Part shown: positions 11,160 through 25,447 of the stretch, piece after piece
Layout: each line of letters opens with the position of its first letter
How positions within the stretch are numbered: the stretch's first letter is position 1
NCBI GenBank assembly: GCA_963813535.1
Contig: CAWEZH010000003.1
Location: forward strand, 832,001-896,000
Length of the DNA stretch: 64,000 nucleotides
Reading direction: 5' to 3'
Source of the DNA: an uncultured Chloroflexia bacterium
Lineage (GTDB): Bacteria > Chloroflexota > Limnocylindria > Limnocylindrales > CSP1-4
Notes under the pieces: model-generated
Told to the model about the DNA's origin: nothing
Database searches by the model: none
What the model saw: only the letters and a program-made list of their open reading frames with translations
Translations under genes and position numbers: made by a program

Positions 11160-11918
11160 TCACGGATCCGGCCGGCGCGCGGGCCTCGCTGGCAGCTGGT
11201 GCCGTTCGGTTCGGCGGGCTGTCGGAGGGAGCGCCTCGTCGACGAGGAGACGCTCCCGGACGATGGACCGGGCCGTCAGCGGCGCGCCGAGTCGGTCGGA
11301 CAGGGCGCCGAGGACCTCTTCCGGGCGGCCGGTACCCAGCTCCGGGTCGAATCGCGTCCGCATGAAGACCATCGGCGGCGGTCCATCCTCGACTCGCACG
11401 TCGACCAGGAGCGGTCGCAGGTCGTACTGCACCGTCCCGCCGCCCTTCGGCCGCTCTCGCGGCAACCGATCGGCGGATAACAGTCCCGTGACCGCATCGA
11501 TGAGGGCCGCGCGATCCGCCGCTCCCTCGAGCTCGATGCGGTAGTCCGCCGCGGCCACGCGACCGGCCAGTGGCGGCCCGCCGAGCCACACGTCGAAGAC
11601 GTCGATGAGCCGCCAGCCGGGCGGGATGTGGCTAGCCAGCGCCTCCCGCACCCGCCACGCCGGCCAGCGATCGGTGAGGACGATGTCGATCAGCTCCCGT
11701 TCCGCCGCCATGCCCACCGGGAGTGGCGCACCGAACGACACCCTCGATCGCGCCCGCTGGCCCTCGCCGCCGACCAGCGGGAGACCCGACGCCTCGATCG
11801 CCGTGGTCCACGTTGCGGCCACTTCCCGCTGCGCCGATTCCGGCGCGTCGGCATCACGCGCGACGGCAAGGCGCCAGCGCTGACGCGGCTCCGGGGCGGG
11901 AACGGAGGTCGCCGACAC
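11160..11918 (-). CDS. DUF2344 / TIGR03936 radical-SAM-linked protein
   Basis: QRWRL, SFGAPLPVG..AERE..D, K.GG...DLRP, GTGRPEE; start uncertain (GTG 11918). Confidence 0.78.
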   Translation of the reverse strand: MSATSVPAPEPRQRWRLAVARDADAPESAQREVAATWTTAIEASGLPLVGGEGQRARSRVSFGAPLPVGMAAERELIDIVLTDRWPAWRVREALASHIPPGWRLIDVFDVWLGGPPLAGRVAAADYRIELEGAADRAALIDAVTGLLSADRLPRERPKGGGTVQYDLRPLLVDVRVEDGPPPMVFMRTRFDPELGTGRPEEVLGALSDRLGAPLTARSIVRERLLVDEALPPTARRTERHQLPARPARRPDP

Positions 11919-11938
11919 GTCTGCTAGTCTGCCGGACG

Positions 11939-13189
11939 ATGGACGAGCCCGAACGGGAGGCCTCCCCACCAGAAACGGGCTGGGTCGCCGCGCTGCCCCC
12001 TCCGCCGTTCGTCGACCCGGACTCGTACCCCGACAAGCCGCGGTTCATGCAGCTGTCACCGCGCGTCGCCGTCCTCATCGTCGGCGCGATCGTGATCGGC
12101 ATCCTGTTGTGGATGGCCCGTGACGCGGTCCGGCCGTTCGTCCTGGGGCTGCTGCTGGTCTATCTCCTCGACCCACCGGTGCGCTGGCTCACACGCCGCG
12201 GCATCCGGCGAAGCTTCGCGATCCTGATCGTGTACGTCATCACGATCGTGCTCTTCATCGAGTTCCTGAACCTGACCCTCGCCCCACTGGTGGAGGAGAT
12301 GGTCCGGCTGCTACAGGACCTGCCCGCGCTGGCGCAGCAACTCCAGGAGCAGGCCGATCGGCTGGCCGAGGTCTACAGCCGGTTGGCGATACCCGACGCC
12401 GTGCGCGAGTGGATCGACGCGATGATCGCGTCGATCGGTCAAGGCGGCGGTGGGGCGCCGCCACTCGACCCCACCGACCTCCTGCCGGTGCTGACCGGGG
12501 TGACCGGCATCGTCGGCGGCCTCTTCGCGTACATCCTGCTGCCGGTCTGGGTGTTCTACATCCTCAAGGACCGTGTCGCCCTCACCAAGCAGTTCGACCG
12601 CAGCCTCCCGGCCGCGTGGCGGTTCGACGTGTGGGCGATCCTGCGCATGGTCCGCCGCCTGTTCGGGCAGTGGGTGCGCGCGCAACTGATCCTCGGCGTC
12701 ACGGTCGGCGTGTTCACGTTCATCGGCTTGCTCATCCTGAGCCAGTTCGTCGACCCGGTGTTCGGCCGGTATGCCGTCCTGCTCTCGGTGACGGCGGGCA
12801 TCCTCGAGCTGCTACCGATCATCGGGCCGATCATCGCGGCCGTGCCCGCCGTGCTGCTCGCGGCGACGGCCGGGCTCGAGCCGGTCATCGCGGCGCTCAT
12901 CCTGTACACGCTGGTCCAGCAGGTCGAGAACAACGTGCTCGTCCCGAAGATCCAGGGAGACGCCATCGAGCTGCACCCGGCGATCGTGATGTTCGCCATC
13001 GTCATCGGCGGGTCGCTCGCCGGGCTGCTCGGCGCCATCCTGGCGTTGCCGGTCGCCGCCGCCCTGCGCGACGTCATCCGCTACCTCTTCCGACGCCTCA
13101 GCCCCGACGAACCAGAAGCACTGGCCGCGTCGATCGCCGGTCTCGGACTCGAGACGCATCCCGGCGCGACGGGTGGGTCGCCGCAGTGA
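11939..13189 (+). CDS. AI-2E family transporter (PerM/TqsA-like)
   Basis: YLLDPPV, ELLPIIGP, QQVENNVLVPKI, LHP, GAILALP. Confidence 0.9.
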   Translation: MDEPEREASPPETGWVAALPPPPFVDPDSYPDKPRFMQLSPRVAVLIVGAIVIGILLWMARDAVRPFVLGLLLVYLLDPPVRWLTRRGIRRSFAILIVYVITIVLFIEFLNLTLAPLVEEMVRLLQDLPALAQQLQEQADRLAEVYSRLAIPDAVREWIDAMIASIGQGGGGAPPLDPTDLLPVLTGVTGIVGGLFAYILLPVWVFYILKDRVALTKQFDRSLPAAWRFDVWAILRMVRRLFGQWVRAQLILGVTVGVFTFIGLLILSQFVDPVFGRYAVLLSVTAGILELLPIIGPIIAAVPAVLLAATAGLEPVIAALILYTLVQQVENNVLVPKIQGDAIELHPAIVMFAIVIGGSLAGLLGAILALPVAAALRDVIRYLFRRLSPDEPEALAASIAGLGLETHPGATGGSPQ

Positions 13190-13785
13190 CGGAGCCCGCG
13201 CTCGACCCGTACAAGACGCTCCAGGTCGACTCGGAGGCCGAGGACGAGGTCATCGCCGCCGCGTACCGGCGCCTCGCACGCAAGTACCACCCCGACGTGG
13301 CGCTCGACGGCGAGGCCGGCGCCGCGGCGATCGCTCGGATGACCGCGCTCAATGCCGCCTGGGAGATGATCGGCGACCCGACGCGACGCGCCGCGTTCGA
13401 TCGGCAGCGAACGCTCCGCGCGAAGCTCGGTGGGCGTCCGGTGGAAGGCCCACCGCCGGCGGCCGAGACGGTCTCGCGCGACTGGACGAGCGGGCGCTCA
13501 TCCGGGGGCGGCGGCTACGAATCCTCGATGCACCGCGACGATGCTGACGGGGCAGCGGGAGCGCCACCCGGCAACCCGTCCGGCAGCGTCGTGACGTTCG
13601 GCCGGTATGTCGGTTGGTCGCTCGGGGAGATCGGGCGCCGAGACCTCGAGTACCTCGAGTGGCTGGACCGCATGACGATCGGCCGGCCGTATCGGGACGA
13701 GATCGACGCGATCCTGCGGGCATCCGGCAGGCGACGCTCGGCCGATGCCGAGGGCGAACGACGAGGGCTGTTCCGGCGTCGCTGA
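13186..13785 (+). CDS. J-domain protein with C-terminal FGRYxG/YLEW domain
   Basis: DPYKTL..AYRRLARKYHPD..NAAWEMIGDP; C-terminal TFGRYVGWSLGEI..YLEWL; GTG overlaps upstream TGA. Confidence 0.82.
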   Translation: MTEPALDPYKTLQVDSEAEDEVIAAAYRRLARKYHPDVALDGEAGAAAIARMTALNAAWEMIGDPTRRAAFDRQRTLRAKLGGRPVEGPPPAAETVSRDWTSGRSSGGGGYESSMHRDDADGAAGAPPGNPSGSVVTFGRYVGWSLGEIGRRDLEYLEWLDRMTIGRPYRDEIDAILRASGRRRSADAEGERRGLFRRR

Positions 13786-13848
13786 GCGGGAGCGTCCGGG
13801 CCACGCTTCCGGGCGTTTCAGGCGCGGGGCGACGTCAGATGTGGCCGG

Positions 13849-15009
13849 TCACCACTCCGCGCGCGTTTGGCGGATGTTGATGCTCTGGAGGATGCCCAGG
13901 CCGATCGCGACGCTCACCAGCGATGCGCCGCCGTGCGTCACGAACGGCAACGGGATCCCGGTGATCGGCATGATGCCCATCACCATCCCGACATTGACGA
14001 ACAGCTGGAACAGGATCATCGACGCGACGCCCGACGCGAACAGCGTCCCGAATGGGTCGCGCGATCGCCATGCGGCGACGACGACCCGCCACAGCAGCAG
14101 CACGAATAGCAGGAACAGCACCATCGCGCCGATGAACCCGAGCTCCTCGGCCAGGACGGAGAAGACGAAGTCGGTCGACTGCACCGGCAGGAAGTCGCCC
14201 TGTGCCTGGGTCCCGTTCGTCAGGCCCCGCCCGAACCAGCCACCCGAGCCCACCGCGATCTGCGACTGGTAGAGCTGGTACCCCGAGTCGGTGATATCGG
14301 GCTTCGGGTTCAGGAACGAGGTCAAGCGCTCCTTCTGGTAGTCACGGAGCAGATACGTCCAGGCGATCGGGACCATCGCGATGACGGCAGCCGCCATCAC
14401 CGCCAGCCACTTGAGACTCGCACCGGACATCCACAGCATCCCGACGAGGATCGCCGCGAACACGAGCGAGGTCCCGAGGTCCGGCTGGAGCATGACGAGC
14501 GCCAGCGGCGGGGCGACCAGCACGCCGGCTCCGACGATGGTCGTGAACGAGTCCAGCCGGCGGCCACGCGTCGACAGGTAGTTCGCGAGCACGATGATCA
14601 TCAGGATCTTCGCGAGCTCGCTGAACTGGAACGTGAACGGCCCGAACGTGATCCAGCGGGCCGAGTTGCCGACGCCATCGCCGATGGCCAGCGTGAGCAC
14701 CAGCAGGCCGAGCTGGAGGGCATAGGTCGGCCACGACAGGGTCTTGAGCCAGCGATAGTCGAATGCGGCGGCCGCGATGAACGCGATCGATGCGATCCCG
14801 GCCCACATCAGGCCGCGCGTGAAGGTGGTACCCGCCTCGAGCGGCGTCGAGCCGTTCTCGATGCTGTTCGTGTAGGCCATCACGAGGCCGATCGCCACCA
14901 GGAGCGCCGCGTAGACCACGAGTTGGAGGTCGAACGCGCGCCATGCGGAACCGACCGACTTGGCGGCCCAGTCGGTGACTCGTGCTGGTTCGGCTCGGAT
15001 GACGCCCAT
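13849..15009 (-). CDS. rodA: SEDS peptidoglycan glycosyltransferase RodA
   Basis: QFSELAK, QPDLGT, YQ..QS.IAVGSGG, TDFVFS..AEELG, PITGIPLPF; follows mrdA. Confidence 0.93.
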   Translation of the reverse strand: MGVIRAEPARVTDWAAKSVGSAWRAFDLQLVVYAALLVAIGLVMAYTNSIENGSTPLEAGTTFTRGLMWAGIASIAFIAAAAFDYRWLKTLSWPTYALQLGLLVLTLAIGDGVGNSARWITFGPFTFQFSELAKILMIIVLANYLSTRGRRLDSFTTIVGAGVLVAPPLALVMLQPDLGTSLVFAAILVGMLWMSGASLKWLAVMAAAVIAMVPIAWTYLLRDYQKERLTSFLNPKPDITDSGYQLYQSQIAVGSGGWFGRGLTNGTQAQGDFLPVQSTDFVFSVLAEELGFIGAMVLFLLFVLLLWRVVVAAWRSRDPFGTLFASGVASMILFQLFVNVGMVMGIMPITGIPLPFVTHGGASLVSVAIGLGILQSINIRQTRAEW

Positions 15010-16907
15010 CAGTCGTTCGAGTAGAAGTTCGTCCGCTCGAGGTTCTCGGGCAGACGGTAATCCTTCTCGATCCCGTAGTGGAGCTGGAAGAAGTACTTGA
15101 CGATCTCGGTCGCCGCGTTCCCCTTGGTCCGCGAATCGTGCGCGAAGGCCATCACGATCAGCCGCGAGTCGTGCTTGGCGAACGAGCCGTTGCGTGGATC
15201 CTTCGGTGTGAACCCGACGAAGAACGAGGAGTACGGCAGGCGACCCTGGGAGTCGGGCGTGCCGAACTCGGCCGTACCGGATTTGCCGGCGATCTTGATC
15301 GGCAGGTCGACCAGGTTGTACGTGTGGCGCAGGGTGACGGTGGAGCGGGCGGCCTCCCGCATCGTCTGCAGGACACTCGCCCTGACCTTCATCTTGCGGA
15401 TGACCTTCTTCTGGAACGGGCGGGTCACGGCTCCGTCGGGCCCGATGATCTCCCGCACGATCTGTGGCTGGTACAGGGTGCCGCCATTGGCGAGGGCGGC
15501 ATACGCATTGATCAGTTGGAGCGGCGTGACGGCGTCGTAGCCCTGACCGATGCCGGCCTGGTACGTCTCACCGGGGAACACCTGCGCCCCGAGCGCCTCC
15601 TGCTTCCACGCGTTGTCGGGCACGATGCCCTCGACTTCGCCCGGCAGGTCGACACCGGTCGGGGCGCCGAACCCGTACTGACGTGCCCAGTAGGCGAGTC
15701 GGTCGATGCCGAGCATCCCGGCCACCTGATAGAAGAACGTGTCGCTGGAGTGGCCGAACCCACAGTAGATGTCGCAGGGACCCCAACCACGGCGGTTCCA
15801 CTCGTAGAACTTGGTATCGCCGAGAGTCAGGAAGCCCTTCGTCATCACCCGCGTCGAAGGGGTGATGTCGCGGTCGGCAAGGCCGCCCGTGCCGGTCACG
15901 AGCTTGTACGTCGAGCCCGGCGCGTAGTGCGCCTGGATCGCGTGGTTGAGGAGCGGCTTGTCCTTGTTCTTGAGCAGCTTCTTGTAGTCCGCCTGGCTGA
16001 TCCCGCGGGCGAACTTGTTGTTGTCGTAGGTCGGCAGGCTGACCATCGCGAGGATCTCACCGGTCTGCGGGTTCATCGCGATTACGACCCCACGGGTCAT
16101 GCCGATCTTGGCCATCGCCCACTTGAGCGCCTTCTGCGCGTTCTTCTGGGCCCTCGTATCGATGGTCAGCCGCAACGACGCGCCTGGAACAGCGTCCCTG
16201 ACCGTCTGCAGCACGTGCGTCCGCCGACCGGTCTTGTCGCGAGCCACGGTCTGTGCGCCGTAGGTGCCGCGAAGGTCCGTCTCGTACTGCGCTTCGAGCC
16301 CGACCTTGCCCAGGAGGTCGTCGGGCTGGTAGCCCTTCTCACGGAGATCGGGAAGCTCTTCCGCGGAGACCGGGCCTGTATACCCAAGCAACTGGGACAT
16401 CAGGGCCCCGTCGGTGTACTGACGACGGGCCTCGACCGCGACATCGACGCCCGGCAACTCGAAGCCTGCCTCGGAGATGAGCTGCGCGGTCTGCCGATCG
16501 ACATCCTGGGCGATGCGCACGAGATCGAATGCCGAACCGGGATTGCCGTCGATCGTGGCGTTGATGTCGGCCGGATCCATGCGCAACAGGGCGGACAGGC
16601 GGGTGACGACCTGATCGCGCATCGCATCGGGCAGGTCGGCCGGCCGGATCTTGACGGCAAACGTGGGCACGTTCTTCACGAGCAGGCGGCCGCGTCGATC
16701 GTAGATGTACCCGCGCGGCGCCGGGATCGGCTCGTCGACCGTGCGTTGCCGGTTCGAGATCGCTGCGTATTCCGTCCCATTCGTGATCTGGAGGTAGAAC
16801 AGTCGCGCCGTGAGCGTGCCGACCGCGAGCACCACCACAAGCCCGAACACGAGGAACCGCGAGAACCGGCGCTCCGGCAACGGCCGACCGTCGAGGTAGG
16901 TGTTCAC
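15009..16907 (-). CDS. mrdA: Penicillin-binding protein 2
   Basis: APRGYIYDR, PGSTYK (SxxK), SSD (SxN variant), KSGT; N-terminal TM anchor. Confidence 0.93.
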   Translation of the reverse strand: MNTYLDGRPLPERRFSRFLVFGLVVVLAVGTLTARLFYLQITNGTEYAAISNRQRTVDEPIPAPRGYIYDRRGRLLVKNVPTFAVKIRPADLPDAMRDQVVTRLSALLRMDPADINATIDGNPGSAFDLVRIAQDVDRQTAQLISEAGFELPGVDVAVEARRQYTDGALMSQLLGYTGPVSAEELPDLREKGYQPDDLLGKVGLEAQYETDLRGTYGAQTVARDKTGRRTHVLQTVRDAVPGASLRLTIDTRAQKNAQKALKWAMAKIGMTRGVVIAMNPQTGEILAMVSLPTYDNNKFARGISQADYKKLLKNKDKPLLNHAIQAHYAPGSTYKLVTGTGGLADRDITPSTRVMTKGFLTLGDTKFYEWNRRGWGPCDIYCGFGHSSDTFFYQVAGMLGIDRLAYWARQYGFGAPTGVDLPGEVEGIVPDNAWKQEALGAQVFPGETYQAGIGQGYDAVTPLQLINAYAALANGGTLYQPQIVREIIGPDGAVTRPFQKKVIRKMKVRASVLQTMREAARSTVTLRHTYNLVDLPIKIAGKSGTAEFGTPDSQGRLPYSSFFVGFTPKDPRNGSFAKHDSRLIVMAFAHDSRTKGNAATEIVKYFFQLHYGIEKDYRLPENLERTNFYSND

Positions 16908-17404
16908 CAGTCGACGCGCTCCTGCTCCATGCGCCGATCATGCACCGCCACCGCCAGCGGCCCGATGATCACGCCGAGGATCGCGTCGTAGACGGCGCCT
17001 GGGAAGATGGCCGACAGCGGATCGCTCGTGGCCGGTGGGACGCCGAGAGCTCCGAACAGGGCGAACAAGATCATCGAATAGGCGAGGCTGGCCAGGAAGA
17101 CCGCCACGATCGGCACGATCGGCCGCAGGTGTGCCAGCGAGCGCGCAAGGAGCGACGTCCCTCCGACGCAGACGAGGAGGGCGAAGGCGGTCGAACCGAG
17201 CGGACGCTGAGCAAGGACATCAAGCGCGAGGCCTCCGACGAAGGCCCAGACCAGGCCGGCTTCGAGACCGATGGCGATCGTCACGATGACCGCCAGGACG
17301 AGCACGGGGTGCGGGTGGGCCGCCCCGATCCGGAGATATGGGGTAACGGTGAGTTCGATGAGGGCCGTCACCACTGCGCCGACCGCAGCGAGTAGCAGGG
17401 TCAT
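16904..17404 (-). CDS. mreD: Rod shape-determining protein MreD
   Basis: Hydrophobic 166 aa, WAFVGGL..D..PLG motif; directly upstream of mrdA. Confidence 0.85.
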   Translation of the reverse strand: MTLLLAAVGAVVTALIELTVTPYLRIGAAHPHPVLVLAVIVTIAIGLEAGLVWAFVGGLALDVLAQRPLGSTAFALLVCVGGTSLLARSLAHLRPIVPIVAVFLASLAYSMILFALFGALGVPPATSDPLSAIFPGAVYDAILGVIIGPLAVAVHDRRMEQERVDW

Positions 17405-17548
17405 CGGACGGGTCGATTCCTCGGCGGAGCGGCCAGAGAGGTTCCGCGCCCACCTGCCCGGCTTGTTGATCGCGACCGATTCGGCGGCGACGTCGTGGCG
17501 GAGTATCCCACGGACACTCCGAACCGGCAACGGAGCCAAGACCAAGCG

Positions 17549-17564
17549 TGTTTCACGTGAAACA
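17549..17564. promoter_or_regulatory. parS: parS centromere site
   Basis: Perfect palindrome TGTTTCACGTGAAACA, about 150 bp upstream of parA. Confidence 0.95.
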
Positions 17565-17710
17565 TCGTGCCAGACGATCGCCCGATAAGGCGCAGCTACT
17601 CGTCGTGGTCCAGGCTGAAGGGCAGCCCGCCCGCTCCCCCCACAGCCGAGGTCGGACGGCCGTCGATGGTAGAATCGGTATCCGTGAAACCAGTCCGAGC
17701 GGATCGCTGA

Positions 17711-18534
17711 GTGGGGCGGACGATCGCCTGCGCGAATCAGAAGGGCGGCGTCGGTAAGACCACGACGGTCGTGAATCTGGCGAGCCTTCTCGCCATCTCC
17801 GGCGACCGCGTTCTGCTCATCGATCTCGATCCGCAGGGCAATGCGACCAGCGGGCTGGGCATCGATCGAGCGACGCTCGAACGGTCGACCTACGACGGGC
17901 TGATGGACGGCGTCGACCTGGTCGATCTCGTCACCCGAGGCTCGTCACCTGGCGTCGATGTCGTCCCGTCGGCGATCGCCCTCGCCGGTGCCGAAGTCGA
18001 ACTCGCGAACGCGACGTCGAGGGAGCGGCGTCTGCGCAGCGCACTGGCCGGAATGACCGATCGCTATGACGTCATCTTCATCGATTGCCCCCCGTCACTC
18101 GGGCTCCTCACCGTGAATGCCCTGACCGCCGCCGATGCGGTCCTCATCCCGCTCCAATGTGAGTACTACGCCCTGGAGGGCCTGACCCAGTTGCTGGCTA
18201 CGATCGACCTCGTTCGCGATCATCTGAATCCCCGGCTCGCCATCGACGGCGTCGTCCTGACGATGGCCGATGCGCGCACGAACCTGTCCGCCGACGTCGA
18301 AGCCGAAGCGCGCCGGCACCTGGGTGGCGCCGTCTACGAGACCGTGATCCCGCGGAGCGTTCGCCTTTCGGAAGCCCCGAGCCACGGACGGTCGATCGCG
18401 TCGTACGCGCCGGAATCACGAGGCGGACTCGCCTATGTCGCGCTCGCGGCAGAATTCCGGGCTCGAAACGCCCGGCATGAAGCTTCGCGATTCGCGACGA
18501 TCGTCGCGCCGCGCGAGCCGGAGGCGGTGCTTTC

Positions 18535-18538
<4 letters not shown>
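17711..18538 (+). CDS. parA: Chromosome partitioning ATPase ParA/Soj
   Basis: NQKGGVGKTTT, DLDPQGNAT, DCPPSLG, QCEYYALEG. Confidence 0.96.
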
Positions 18539-21873
<3,335 letters not shown>

Positions 21874-21875
21874 TC

Positions 21876-22859
21876 GTGACCCCAGCCACGCAGACCGAGG
21901 ACGCCAGCAGCCCGGTCACCGCGCGAGCCGTCGCGTTCGTCGCCGATCACAAGGGCGCAGCCGAGACGCTCGGGCACGGCCTGGCCGAGCACATCAACGA
22001 TCCGGACGCCTTCGCGGCGGCGCTGCACGCGGGCCTCGAGGAGCTCGCCGATCCGGAGTACCTCGAGGGTCAGCACGTCGTCGCCCCTGGGCTCGGCCCG
22101 ACCCTGGGTGTCCGCTGGCCGCTGCTCGCTGCCGTGATCCGCGGTTTCCGCCAGGAGACCCGCCACGATCGTCCGACATCGTTGCTGTTCCTCGCCGATC
22201 GCCTCTATCGCGAGGAGCCCCTCGAGGCGCGCTGGTTCGCCTTCGCGCTGCTCGAGCGGACGCTCGCGGCCGACGCGGAACGGACCTGGCAGCTCCTGCG
22301 TCGGGGTGCGCGCGAGGCGGCCGACTGGATCACGGTCGACGACCTGGCCCACCCATACGGTGTCGGCATCGCCGCAGAGTCCTACCGCTGGGCCGAGCTC
22401 GAGCAGCTCGTGTTCTCCCCGTCACGCTGGGAACGCCGGCTCGTCGCGTCGACGATCGCGACGATGACCCACGGCAACCGCCGGACCGGTCGTGGTCCCG
22501 AGGTCGTCGACCGCGCGCTGCCGATCCTCGGCCAGCTGATCGGCGACGACGAGCCGGACGTCCAGAAGGCGTTGTCGTGGGCGTACCGCTCACTCGCGCA
22601 GATCGATCCCGAGCGGACGACCGCGGAGCTCCGGGCTGAGACCGCGCGCGCGGTCGACACCGACGATGGCCATCGCGCGTGGGTGATCCGCGACAGCCTC
22701 ACCAAACTCTCGCCGGCCGATGCGGACGACATCCGGACGCGTCTCTCGGGCATCCGGCGTCGACCCGGTGCCCCATCGACATCGGCCGCGGCCGAGCTGG
22801 CTGCCCGCTTCGGCGGTCTGCCCGACCCGGCGATGCATCCCGAACCCCCGCTGACCTGA
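21876..22859 (+). CDS. HEAT-repeat DNA alkylation repair family protein (AlkD-like)
   Basis: LGVRWP, DWITVDDLA, WERR, VQKALSWAYR pattern. Confidence 0.7.
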   Translation: MTPATQTEDASSPVTARAVAFVADHKGAAETLGHGLAEHINDPDAFAAALHAGLEELADPEYLEGQHVVAPGLGPTLGVRWPLLAAVIRGFRQETRHDRPTSLLFLADRLYREEPLEARWFAFALLERTLAADAERTWQLLRRGAREAADWITVDDLAHPYGVGIAAESYRWAELEQLVFSPSRWERRLVASTIATMTHGNRRTGRGPEVVDRALPILGQLIGDDEPDVQKALSWAYRSLAQIDPERTTAELRAETARAVDTDDGHRAWVIRDSLTKLSPADADDIRTRLSGIRRRPGAPSTSAAAELAARFGGLPDPAMHPEPPLT

Positions 22860-22876
22860 TCCAGGAGTAGCCGACC

Positions 22877-25447
22877 GTGACCGAAGACCTGGGCGACATC
22901 CGCGCCATCCGCATCGAGGACGAGATGCGCGACTCGTACCTCGACTACGCGATGAGCGTGATCGTCTCGCGCGCGTTGCCGGACGTGCGCGACGGCCTCA
23001 AGCCGGTCCATCGCCGGATCCTCTACACGATGGGTGAGATGGGTCTGTCGTCGACGAGCTCGTACCGCAAGTGCGCGGCGATCGTCGGCGAGGTGATGGG
23101 CAAGTACCACCCGCACGGCGACGTGGCCCTGTATGACGCGCTCGTCCGCCTGGCCCAGGACTTCTCGATGCGCTACCCGCTGGTCGACGGCCAGGGCAAC
23201 TTCGGCAGCGTCGACGGGGACGGCGCGGCAGCGATGCGCTACACCGAGGCGCGCCTCACGGCGATCGCCTCCGAGATGCTCGCCGACATCGACAAGGAGA
23301 CGGTCGACTTCGTCGACAACTACGACGGTACGCAGAAGCAGCCGTCGGTCCTGCCGTCCAAGCTGCCGAACCTGCTCGTCAACGGGTCATCGGGCATCGC
23401 CGTCGGCATGGCGACGAACATCCCGCCCCATCACCTGGGCGAGATCGTCGACGCCACGGTCGCCCTCATCGACGACCCGGAGCTCACGTCGGACGACCTG
23501 TGCAAGTTCGTGCTCGGCCCCGACTTCCCGACAGGCGGCACGATCTTCCGCTTCGAGAAGCAGCGCAACATCCTGACCGGCGAGTGGGAGACGGTGGACG
23601 CGATCCGCCAGATGTACGCCCACGGCCGCGGCCGGGTGGTCATGCGCGCGCAGGTCGCGTTCGAGGAAGTGCGCGGCGACCGCACGGCGATCATCGTCAC
23701 CGAGCTGCCGTACCAGGTGAACAAGGCCGCCCTGCTCGAGAAGATCGCCGACCTGGTCAAGGACAAGAAGATCGACGGCATCGCCGACCTGCGCGACGAG
23801 TCCGACCGCGACGGGATGCGGATCTACGTCGAGATCAAGCGCGACGCCAACCCGCACAAGGTGCTGAACAACCTGTTCAAGCACACCTCGATGCAGCTCG
23901 CATTCAACATGAACATGCTCGCGCTGGTCGACGGCCAGCCCCAGACGCTGCCACTGCGCAGCGTCCTCGACCACTACATCACGCATCGCCAGGAGATCGT
24001 CCGCCGGCGGACGGAGTTCGATCTCGGCAAGGCGCGGGCGCGAGCGCACATCCTCGAAGGGCTCAAGATCGCGCTCGACCACCTCGACGCGGTCATCAAG
24101 ACGATCCGCGAGTCGGCCGACGTGGACACCGCGCGCGACAACCTGATGTCGCGCTTCGACCTGTCCGAGCTGCAGGCGCAGGCGATCCTCGACATGCGGC
24201 TCGCCCGCCTGGCCGCCCTCGAACGCAAGAAGATCGAGGACGAGTACCTCGAGGTCATCCAGCTGATCGCGGAGCTCGAGGACATCCTGGCCAACCCGAC
24301 CCGCGTCCTAACGATCATCAAGGACGAGCTGGGCGAGATCAAGCGCAAGTACGCCGGCGAGCGGCGGACGCGTGTGGCGGACGACGCGAGCCGCGACATG
24401 ACCGACGAGGACCTCATCGCCGACGAGGACGTCGTCGTCACGATCTCCGGTCGCGGGTATATCAAGCGCCAGCCGGTCGGGACGTACCGGCGCCAGCATC
24501 GCGGCGGCAAGGGGATCATCGGCCACGTCACCCGCGAGGAGGACGCGGTCGAGCACTTGCTCGTCGCGAACACCCACGACTGGGCGCTGTTCTTCACGAA
24601 CCGCGGCCGAGTGTTCAGCGCGAAGGTGCACGCCATCCCGGATGCCTCCCGTCAGGCCAAGGGCATGCCGATCATCAATCTGCCCGGCGTCCAGGTCGAC
24701 TCGGGCGAGGTGCCGGTCGCCACGATCGTGCTGCCGAACTTCGAGCCGGGTCACTACCTCGTCATGGCCACGCGCAGGGGCATCATCAAGAAGACCCCGC
24801 TCGAGCAGTTCGAGCGGGTCCGGGCCACCGGCATCCGAGCGATCACCATCAACGACGACGACGAGCTCGCGTGGGTGGGCGTCTCCGGTGGCGGTGACGA
24901 CATCATCCTCGCGACCGCGCAGGGCATGCTCGCTCGCTTCGAGGAGGGCGAGGTCCGGCCGATGGGTCGCGACGCGGCCGGCGTGATCGGCATCCGCCTC
25001 CTCAAGCGTGAAGGCGACAGCGTGGTGGCCATGAGCGTGGTCGAGCCGGAGGCCGACCTGCTCGTCCTCACCGAGACGGGCTACGGCAAGCGCGTCGCCA
25101 TCGGCGACTTCCGCCGCAAGCATCGCGGTGGACAGGGCGTCCGGTTGATCGCGCTCGAAGGGCGCAAGACCGGGCTCGTCGCTGCCGTGCAGCAGGTCAC
25201 GGAGGAGGACGAGGAGCTCGTGCTCATCTCCCAGGGTGGCCAGGTCATCCGCACCGAGACCAATACGATCAACCGGTATTCGTCGGGGGCTCGCGGCGTG
25301 ATCGTCATGCGTCTCGCAGAGGGTGACCGCGTGGCAGCGATCGCCGCGTTCCGGCCCGGACTTGCGGACCGTGACGGCATCGGCGACGATGACGCCCCCG
25401 CGACGGGTGGTCCCGGTCAGCCCGACCCGAGCGGCGGCGCGGTGTGA
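22877..25447 (+). CDS. gyrA: DNA gyrase subunit A
   Basis: [17 protein letters not shown] active Tyr, GyrA box QHRGGKG, C-terminal pinwheel repeats. Confidence 0.97.
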   Translation: MTEDLGDIRAIRIEDEMRDSYLDYAMSVIVSRALPDVRDGLKPVHRRILYTMGEMGLSSTSSYRKCAAIVGEVMGKYHPHGDVALYDALVRLAQDFSMRYPLVDGQGNFGSVDGDGAAAMRYTEARLTAIASEMLADIDKETVDFVDNYDGTQKQPSVLPSKLPNLLVNGSSGIAVGMATNIPPHHLGEIVDATVALIDDPELTSDDLCKFVLGPDFPTGGTIFRFEKQRNILTGEWETVDAIRQMYAHGRGRVVMRAQVAFEEVRGDRTAIIVTELPYQVNKAALLEKIADLVKDKKIDGIADLRDESDRDGMRIYVEIKRDANPHKVLNNLFKHTSMQLAFNMNMLALVDGQPQTLPLRSVLDHYITHRQEIVRRRTEFDLGKARARAHILEGLKIALDHLDAVIKTIRESADVDTARDNLMSRFDLSELQAQAILDMRLARLAALERKKIEDEYLEVIQLIAELEDILANPTRVLTIIKDELGEIKRKYAGERRTRVADDASRDMTDEDLIADEDVVVTISGRGYIKRQPVGTYRRQHRGGKGIIGHVTREEDAVEHLLVANTHDWALFFTNRGRVFSAKVHAIPDASRQAKGMPIINLPGVQVDSGEVPVATIVLPNFEPGHYLVMATRRGIIKKTPLEQFERVRATGIRAITINDDDELAWVGVSGGGDDIILATAQGMLARFEEGEVRPMGRDAAGVIGIRLLKREGDSVVAMSVVEPEADLLVLTETGYGKRVAIGDFRRKHRGGQGVRLIALEGRKTGLVAAVQQVTEEDEELVLISQGGQVIRTETNTINRYSSGARGVIVMRLAEGDRVAAIAAFRPGLADRDGIGDDDAPATGGPGQPDPSGGAV

